Assembly: GCF_009914755.1 (NCBI RefSeq)
Contig: NC_060936.1
DNA length: 64,000 bases
Source: the human T2T-CHM13v2.0 reference genome, Homo sapiens
Reading direction: 5' to 3' (one strand)
In this document: in pieces, positions 55,601 to 64,000 of the stretch
How the letters are laid out: every line of letters begins with the position of its first letter
Position numbering within the stretch: the stretch's first letter is position 1
Translations under genes and position numbers: made by a program
Notes under the pieces: model-generated
What the model saw: only the letters and a program-made list of their open reading frames with translations
The model's database searches: none
Told to the model about the DNA's origin: nothing

Positions 55601-58600
55601 TCTGTGAAGCTTTGCGGCAGTACAGCCTAGGTAATTTGCTGAGCCTGATGGGTGTCAGGGTCAGTCCAAGTGAAAGTGAAGAGAGGCTGGGATGACGGGT
55701 GCAAAGGAATAGTAAAGAAAGCATGTTTGAGACCCAGAACAGAATAATGGGTTGTGGAGGGAGATATTGAGGATAGGAGAGTATATGGATTTGGCACCAT
55801 GGGGTGGATAGGCAAAACAATTTGGTTGATAAGGCACAGATCCTGAACTAACCTGTAAGCCTTGTCTGGTTTTAGGACAGGTAAAATGGGGGAATTGTAA
55901 GGAGAGTTTATAGGCTTTAAAAGGCCATGCTGTAGCAGGAGAGTGATAACAGGCTTTAATCCTTTTAAAGCGTGCTGTGGGATAGGATATTGGCATTGAG
56001 CGGGGTAAGGTGATTAGGTTTTAATGGGATGGTAAGGGGTGCAGGATCAGTCGCTAAGGAGGCAGTAGAGGTGTCCTATACTTGTGGGTTAAGGTGGGGG
56101 GATACAAGGGGAGGATGTGAAGGAGGCTTTGACCTGGGGGAAAAGGTGGCAATGAGGTGTGGCTGTAGCCTAGGAATAGTTAGGGAAGCAGATAATTTAG
56201 TTAAAGTGTCTCAGCCCAATAAGGGAACTAGGCAGGTGGGGATAACTAAAAAGGAGTGCTTAAAAGAGTATTGTCTAAGTTGGCACCAGAGTTGGGGAGT
56301 TTTAAGAGGTTTAGAAGCCTGGCCATCAGTACTTATAACAGTTATGAAGGCAAGGGAAACAGGCCTTTGAAAAGAAGGTAATGTGGAGTGGGTAGCCTCC
56401 GTATTGATTAAGAAGGGGACGGGCTTACCCTCCACTGTGAGAGTTACCTAGAGTGTCTGTGATGGTCCTGTAGGCTTCTGAGGTGATTGGGCAGTGACAG
56501 TCTTCAGTTGTTAAGCCGAGAAGATCTGGGAAGGAGTCAGTCAGAGAGCCTTGGGGCAGAGTTCCAGGGGCTCTGGGAGTGGCTGCCGGGTGAGATGGAC
56601 AGTCTGATTTCCAGTGGGGTCTTGCACAGATGGGACATGGCTTAGGAGGAATCTTGGGCTGCGGGCATTCTCTGGCCAGGTGGCCAGATTTCTGGCACTT
56701 TTAGCAAGCTCCTGGGGGAGGCAGGCCTGGAGGAATGCCTGGCCACTGTGGTTTAGGCGTTTGGAAGTTCTTGCGTGCTGGAGATGTGGCTGGGGTTTGT
56801 CTCACAGTGGAGGCAAGGAATTGCAACTCAGAAATATGTTGCTACTTCGCTGCCTCTACTTTATTATTGTACACTTTGAAGGCAAGGTTAATTAAGTCCT
56901 GTTGTGGGGTTTGAGAGCTGGAATTTAATTTTTGGAGTTTTATTTAATGTCAGGAGCGGATTGAGTAATAAAATGTATATTGAGAATAAGACGGCCTTTT
57001 GACTTTTTAGGGTCTAGGGCTGTAAAGCATTTCAGGGTTGCTGCCAAATGAGCCATGAACTGGGCTGGATTTTTATATTTGATGAAAAAGAGCCTAAACG
57101 CTATCTGATTTGGGATAAAGAAAAAGGAGCATTAACCTTGACTATGCCTTTAGCTCCAGCCACCTTTTTAAGAGGAAATTGCTGAACAGGTTGGGGAGGG
57201 CTAGTCATGGAACGAAACTGTAAGCTGGACTGAGTGTGAGGAGAGGAGGTGATAAAAGGATTACAGGGTGGAGAAGTGGAGGCTGAGGAAGAATTGGGAC
57301 CTAGCTCGGCCTGGTGAGGAGGCGAGAGGTCACGTGGGTTTGTAGAAAAGGAAGATTAGAAAGACTCAGCGATGCTTGGGGTTGGGACTGAGGGGACAGG
57401 CGGGAGGGAAAGAAGGAAGATTTGGGATGAGTTGCATTGGGAACAGAGACTAGGGAGGGACCAATTGTGTAAAAGAATGCCTGGACGTCAGGCACCTCAG
57501 ACCGTTTGCCTATTTTACAACAAGAATTATTTAGATCTTGTAGGATGGAAAAATGGAAAGTGACATTTTCTGGCTATGTGGAACTACTGTCGAGTTTGTA
57601 TTGGGGTCAAGTGGCATTGCAGAAGAAAATAAGGCATTTAGGTTTTAGGTCAGCTGTGAATTGAAGAGGTTTTAGGTTTTTAAGAGCACAGGCTAAGGGA
57701 GAAGAAGGGGGAATGGAGGGCGGAAGCTTGCCCATAGTGAAGGAGGCAAGCCCAGAGAGAAGAGAGAGTAGAGACATGGAGAGAAGGGGTTGGGGGTTCT
57801 TGCCCCCAAGAAGAGCGGTTCTTGCCGCTAAGGGTGAAGGAGAAGGGGTTGGGGGGTTCTTGCCCCCCAGAAAAGCGGAGAAGGGGTAGAGACATGGAGA
57901 AAAGCGGTGGGGTTCTTGCCCCCCAGAAAAGCAGAGAAGGAGTAGAGACACGGAGAGAAGGGGTTGGGGGTTCTTGCTCCCAAGAAAAGCAGTACTTGTC
58001 GCTAAGGGTGAAGGACCAAGGCAGGTGTCCCCACATGGTCAGACACCTCTGAAACATGGGTGAATAATCAGGCAGGCATCCCTGCCTGATTCCAAAGGGA
58101 AGACTGTCTTCCCAATTCCGTGATTGGTGCCAGAGTTTTGGGTCTATGAATAAAACGCGTCTCCTTCATCTCTGTCAGAAAAGGAGAGGAACTGAAATTA
58201 AGAGAGAGATTGAAGGGTGGTGCCAAGATTGAAAGGAGAAAGAGGTTGAGGGATAGTGAGAGAGGTTGGAGAAGAGAGTAAAAAGAGGCCACTTACTGGA
58301 TTTAAAATTGGTGAGATGTTCCTTGGGCTAGTTGGTCTGAGGACCAGAGGTCATAGGTGGATCTTTCTCATGGAATAAAGAGCAGGAGGACAGGGGATTG
58401 ATCTCCTAAGGGAGGACCCCTGATCCGAGTCACAGCACCAAATTTCACTCGCATCCATGTGAAGAGACCACAAAACAGGCTTTGTGTGCGCAACAAGGCT
58501 GTTTATTTCACCTGGGTGCAGGTGGGCTGAGTCTGCAAAGAGAGTCAGCGAAGGGAGATAGGGGTGGGGCTGTTTTATAAGATTTGGGTAGGTAAAGGAA

Positions 58601-58866
58601 AATTACATCAAAGGGGGGTTGTTCTCTGGCGGGCAGGAGTGGGGGTAACAAGGTGCTCAATAGGGGAGCTTTTGAGCCAAGATGAGCCAGGAGAAGGAAT
58701 TTCAGAAGATAATGTCATCAGTTAAGGCAGGAACAGGCCATTTTCACTTCTTTTGTGGTGGAATGTCATCAGTTAACGCAGGAACCGGCCATCTGGATGT
58801 GTACATGCAGGTCATAGGCATATACACAGGCATATGATGGCTTAGCTTGGGCTCAGAGGCCTGAAA
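52608..58866 (-). mobile_element. HERV-H provirus (LTR7-HERVH-LTR7), 6259 bp, defective gag/pro/pol/env
   Basis: 5' LTR 58443-58866, 3' LTR 52608-53016, 5-bp TSD ATAAC; tRNA-His PBS TGGTGCTGTGACTCGGAT 58423-58440; double zinc knuckle near 56600-56710; protease-like PVPFLINTEATHS; RT fragment LKHAFFTIPLHPSSQPLF; PPT next to the 3' LTR. Confidence 0.96.
53365..54690 (-). pseudogene. HERV-H env remnant
   Basis: ORF 53544-54017 has the furin site RQKR, a fusion peptide and AVVLQNR*; after the TGA the frame continues [28 protein letters not shown] (ISD and CX6CC). Confidence 0.9.
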
Positions 58867-58994
58867 ATAACAACCCACAAAAAATATATAATTTAGGTAA
58901 TGGATAATGTATCACTTATGTTTGATATTGGAAGACATCTGTAATTATATTTGCAGATTGTCTCTTAGTATTCAACTAGAATGAAAACTGATAT

Positions 58995-59580
58995 AGGTTG
59001 ATTTCATATCTTGTCTATTGCAAATAGTGCTGCAATAAACATGGGAGTGCAGGTATCTATAGTATATATACACAATGGAATATTATTTGGCCATAGAAGG
59101 AAATGAAATCCTGTCATTTGCAGAAACAGGAGTGGAACTGAAGATCATTATGTTAACTGAAATAAGCCAGGCACAGAAAGACAAATATCACATGTTTCCA
59201 CTCATATGTGAGAGCTAAAAGAATGAATCTCATGGAAGCAGAGAGTAGAATTGTGGTTACCAGAGGCTTAGAAAGGGGTGGTGGGGGATAAAGATAAGTT
59301 GGTTGGGTACAAAAATAAAATTAGATAGAAGGAACAAATTCTAGTATTTGATAGTACAGTGGGAAAACTATAGTTGACAATAATTTATTGTATATTTCAA
59401 AATAGCTAAAAGAGAAGAAATGTACTATTCCCAACAGAAGGAAAAGGTAAGTGTTTGACGGAATGAATATTCTTATTACCCTGATTTGGTCATTACACAT
59501 TGTGTACAGGTTTCAAAATATCACATGTACCTCCAAAATACATACAACTATTATGTATCAATAACAAAATTTTTAAAAAA
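58995..59580 (+). mobile_element. L1MA 3' end with short 5' inversion
   Basis: Antisense L1 at about 59000-59058, then sense 3' UTR to the A-rich end. Confidence 0.8.
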
Positions 59581-60009
59581 CTGATATAGGCTGTGAAGGG
59601 CAAACCATGTAGTCATCTCAGATCTCAGCTTATTCTTGTGGATATAAATGTTTTAGCTGGCTCTAAACCAAGGATTTTGTATGAAGTAATACTTATTCAA
59701 ATATTTTCAACAAAATAGAGTACCTTGCAAACAGGACTTTGAGATTTTTCATTTGTTTCCCTTTACAGTTCGTCATATACACTTCATCTTCTAGTGTTGA
59801 TTGATGAAACAACGTTCCACATGAAACAGCAGAGCAATAGAACACAGAACAGGACTCTGCCTGTGTGGTGGCCGGTTTCCATCCTTTCACAAACAAAGAG
59901 ATATTTATAAACAAATATTTATATGCAAATATTTGATCCACCTAGGAAAAATACAGGGCTACTCTTTCCCACCAGGAGAGGCCTTATAGCCTGTGCACAT
60001 ATTTGAACA

Positions 60010-60190
60010 AGGCAACCAGAGACTTTGATGGTCTCAACTCTACCACTCACCAACTGTGTGATGTTGGATACAAACTTAACCACTTTGCAACTCACTTCCG
60101 CATCTGTAAAATAAGGGTGATAATAATAGCACCTGGTTTAGAGAGTTGTAAAGATAAAAGCAACATTAGTAAAGTACTTAGGATGAAGTA
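60010..60190. mobile_element. MIR
   Basis: ctctaccactcaccaactgtgtgatgttgg...catctgtaaaata. Confidence 0.7.
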
Positions 60191-61008
60191 ATCATGTTTT
60201 GAATATATTTTCCTTTAAATGTGGCTGCCAATATTTTCATGGTAATATTTTCAAATGTATTCAATAGCTTTTTCTTTATCAGGAGAAAATCAGTTGTTTT
60301 AATTAAATTGACATTGAATTTTTGATACATTTAGGAGAATTTAGTTTCTTTTTATACAGTATTGACGCTTCTAATCCCACAGCATGTTTTTCTATTTTTT
60401 CTTTTCTTCAATAGTTTTAAAATTTTTTTGTTCATTTTGGTTATGCAAATATCTAGTTAATTTCTATCTGTAATATTTTCCTATTTATTTGTAGTAGCTC
60501 TTATAAAGGGAGCATTTTGTTTTTCCTGTCTATCCTGACATAATAAAGCAATTAGTTTTTAATTGATTTTTAAAAATATTTATGCATTCTCTTTCATATG
60601 TATAATAATAATACCTAACCATTTTATGATTTACATGTGGCAATGTCAAGAAGAATTTTAAAGTAAGATTTACTAACGAATATTAGAGAACATGCTCAAA
60701 AACAGTCCTCTCCACCCCCTCACTTCCACTTGCATTCTTGATCAAGAAGTGAAATAAAAAATACTAAGACTATTGAGTCAAACTAATAAGACACAAATCT
60801 GGACTTTGGAGACTCATTTCCCTCCCACTTTTGATAGCTTAGCTGAGGAGGAGATCAAATGGGTTGAGTCAGTCTGTAGAGAGATAGCAAGGCTGATTAT
60901 AGTTTTCCTGGCCTGCAAAGCTGTTTCCAGAGCCCTCAGTATACAGACCTTGGCCATCAGTATGCATACTCTCTGGTGTGGTTTCTGGGCCTCAGATCCC
61001 TTAATATA

Positions 61009-61108
61009 TAGGTTGGCGCTAAAGTAATTTTGTAAACTTTTAATGGCAAAAACCACAATTACTTTTGCTTTTAATGGCAAAAACCAGAATTACTTTAGCA
61101 CCAACCTA
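61009..61108. mobile_element. MADE1 mariner MITE, internally rearranged
   Basis: TAGGTTGGCGCTAAAGTAATT...AATTACTTTAGCACCAACCTA TIRs flanked by TA. Confidence 0.88.
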
Positions 61109-61479
61109 TATATTGTTATTTAGAGAAACTAGGCATTCCCTACCTCTCTTAGGCAAACCTATAGCTATGTAACATGGCAACGGAATGACACTAACTGTCT
61201 CATTCTCCTTGGGAGTGCTCTCTGTATGTTCAGTCTCCCAGTGAAGAGAACCCCTCTATCAGGACCTTCATCATCATACAAAAGGAATATCTATGCCAGG
61301 CCACAGCTGCAGATTAGTGAGTGTCTGAGAACTGCATCTTTTCTGTTATTTTTCTGCTTGAAAGTTTTTCACCAATAAATCCTACACTATGTCTGCACCA
61401 TGTGGTGCTAGTTATTTGTGTTCTCTTGCATGACACTAATGATGTTATCCAAACACAATTTCAAAAACTACTTTCTGTA

Positions 61480-61700
61480 GTTGGTAAATATATAGAAATT
61501 GAGAAAAAGGAAGAAATATGAGGAAGAAAGATGTTATCTGTTGCAACAGTTCAATGTTCTTAACTGAAGCCACAGATGAGATTTGGCTCATTTGCAGACA
61601 TATGGGTGATTGGTACAGTAGGTTTATAAACAGAAGTTTAAACTTGTAAGCTTAAGCTTCCGTTTATAAACAGAAGTTTAAAATTATAGGTCCTGTTTAA
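61480..61700 (+). promoter_or_regulatory. CLEC12A proximal promoter / 5' UTR
   Basis: Purine-rich GAGGAA/AAGGAA ETS(PU.1)-like cores at 61507-61526, inverted CCAAT (GATTGG) near 61608, duplicated GTTTATAAAC. Confidence 0.5.
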
Positions 61701-61752
61701 CATTCAGCTCTGTTAACTCACTCATCTTTTTGTGTTTTTACACTTTGTCAAG

Positions 61753-61772
61753 ATTTCTTTACATATTCATCA
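61753..61772 (+). CDS. CLEC12A: CLEC12A long-isoform N-terminal extension (D)FFTYSS; 5' UTR in the canonical isoform
   Basis: Pyrimidine tract tctttttgtgtttttacactttgtcaag|AT TTC TTT ACA TAT TCA TCA, in frame with ATG 61773. Confidence 0.85.
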
Positions 61773-61863
61773 ATGTCTGAAGAAGTTACTTATGCAGATC
61801 TTCAATTCCAGAACTCCAGTGAGATGGAAAAAATCCCAGAAATTGGCAAATTTGGGGAAAAAG
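61773..61863 (+). CDS. CLEC12A: CLEC12A (MICL/CLL-1) first canonical coding exon: MSEEVTYADLQFQNSSEMEKIPEIGKFGEK, with ITIM VTYADL; gene continues beyond the window
   Basis: Direct translation; 91 nt ending G|GTAAG; ITIM consensus. Confidence 0.97.
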
Positions 61864-63348
61864 GTAAGATTTTGAGTTATGGATGTGTTGTAAGTTTGTA
61901 TAATAGAAGTGGCTATAGACTTGCATCTTCAATATTAGTGATATAGTTATTATTCAACTTAAATTTTCAATTAAGTCTCTTATGTTTAAGCAAAGGAACA
62001 AAAAGTGTATGAACAAAATGATTAGAAAAAAGGGTTTTGTAAAAACACTTATCTCTGCATTGAATAATCAATCTTTTACATTTTTGAAATTTTTTATTAT
62101 CACACTCAACATAATTGGGACAGAATTTTTCAAATGATTGGGTTGTATGAAGATTTTATTTCTTTATGAGATGAAGCCATGGAAAAAGAAACATGTTCAG
62201 GAAAGTCATGATTTCATATGTGTGTGTGGGTGTTTTTTTTTATAAGAAAATGCTTTGTGTCAGACAGAGAGACCTTTATAGGATTTCATTTGACTATCTA
62301 CCAAACTAAGCATAAATCACCCTAAAATTTCTCCTACTTCTTTTGGAGATTTTTTACTAACTTACTAAAAAATAAAACATGTTAAGTTAAATGAAATGAA
62401 TCATTAAGGAATAAAGGAAGAAAAGAGGTAAAGAAATATCAGAAGACATAATATATTCATAATATTCAAAACCACATTATATCAAGTAACTTTGTATTTT
62501 TCAATTCAAATTAAAATCATGAAATAAGTGGTCCATCTGTGTTGACTTTCACTTAAACAAAACTACTCTTCATCTTACTCAGAATCCTATAGTTTTCCTA
62601 TTATGTATGGTTCTTGCCTTCTGGCTCCTAGCCTTTTGGGAGTGAAATCTGCCCTAGCGAATCCATAGTTTAAATCAGTGTATTTGAGTTAAAAATAACT
62701 TAAACAGTGATAGTGGAGAACACAAAGAAGGGTGATAGAAACAGAAAAATAAGGAGAGAAGAGTGCCAAAATTCTCACATATTATTTAAGTTGTTGTCCT
62801 CTCTCCTCTCCCCACACAGAATATAACATCTTTAATATTCTAGCATTGCTATAAACAGAAATTTCACTGTTACATCTTGGATCCATTTATGATGAGCATT
62901 GTAAATCTTGAGAAAGGATAGCAGATTAATTCTGTTGGCTTCTTTTTTAATACTGAAATTTTTTTTTAGAAAGAAGAAGGGTTTAAGAATTTTACAATAT
63001 TTTCTGTCTTTATTTCCTTGTTTATATTTCTTCTTTTATACACTGAAAGAGAATGGGCATATCGTGAGCCTAATATTACCAACAATTGCCCTTTACTTGT
63101 CCTCTCACACCCTTTCCCACCTCTTTTCCTGCCAATCCACCTTAAGTTCCCACCACAAGAATTCCCTGAATTCACGGAAATATTGAATCCATGTCTTCTT
63201 CATGTTCTTAATCTCATCTAATTTTCTCATTATCGAGCTTAGAATCTACATTATGTAATATAACATTGTATTATGTAATGTCTACTCTTAGTCTCTTACA
63301 CTTCTCCTCTTCAATGTGTGTTAATTTTTCCTTAAAAACTCCAGCTCT

Positions 63349-63675
63349 GGCTAGGTGCAGTGGCTCATACCCATAGTCCTAGCACTTTGAGAGGCCAAGA
63401 TGGGAGGATTATTTGAGGCCAGAAGTTTGAGACCAGCCTGGGGAAAGTAGAGATATGCCATGTCTATAAAAAAAAATTTTTTTTAATTAACTGGGCACCC
63501 ATAGTCTCAGCTGCTTGGGAGGCTGAGGAAAGAGGATTACTTGAGTCCAGGAGTTGGAGGCTCTAGTAAGCTAAGATCAGGCGAGTGTACTCCAGTCTGG
63601 GTGACACAGCAAGATCCTGCCTCAAACAAATCAAAACAAAACAAGACAAAAACCCCAAAAACAAACAAATAAAAA
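63349..63675 (+). mobile_element. AluJ in the CLEC12A intron
   Basis: Diverged Alu dimer with (CAAAA)n tail. Confidence 0.9.
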
Positions 63676-64000
63676 CAACTCCAGTTCTGGTTAAACCCGA
63701 ATATCCACCCACTCTGCCCCAGAGTTGAATATTGCTGGTGAAAAATACACAAATTTTCAACCCCTGTTACTCTCACCTTTCCTCTGGTAAGAAAAAAGCA
63801 TCCATCTACACTTTTTTTTGTTGTTATTTAAATGTCTATCCTACCATGTCCTTACTGATACTCTGCTTTCCTTCCAGATAGTATTTACGATAAGTATGTA
63901 CTTATGAAGGGACGGCTCCTCATTTTGCTCTGAATTTCAGTCCATGTGTCGTTTTCAAAGACAGACTTCCGTAATTTTTTCCTTTCTCTCCTGTGTCGTT

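Noticed and set aside
57770-58015. Tandem repeats resembling a spaced array
   Set aside because: Ordinary HERV-H leader repeats; not CRISPR-like in this eukaryotic context

Overview
Human (primate) genomic DNA from the NK gene complex C-type lectin cluster; it is recognisable as 12p13.31 from the encoded proteins. The window holds the complete 5-exon CDS of CLEC2A (KACL) on the minus strand (ATG 22547, stop 3785; 525 nt, 174 aa). It also holds the 5' end of CLEC12A (MICL/CLL-1) on the plus strand: the canonical ITIM-coding exon at 61773-61863, plus a distal 10-nt coding exon (MWI-D) at 41571-41580 that lies in the leader of an ERV1 provirus. Between the genes is a CpG-enriched promoter-like segment (about 33.3-33.9 kb), probably a lncRNA start. 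Most of the rest is transposon-derived: nested ERV1 elements, a 6.26-kb HERV-H provirus with env remnant, a young SVA with a 5' transduction, and many L1, Alu, L2, MaLR and DNA-transposon fossils. Almost all ORFs in the track are repeat-derived or spurious. I found no new multi-gene system. The best leads are an ERV-derived first exon of CLEC12A, a diverged copy of the CLEC2A promoter/exon 1 pasted into an intronic L1, and several unusual insertion junctions. Repeat subfamily names are from memory of consensus sequences and need RepeatMasker/Dfam confirmation; boundaries of old repeats are approximate.
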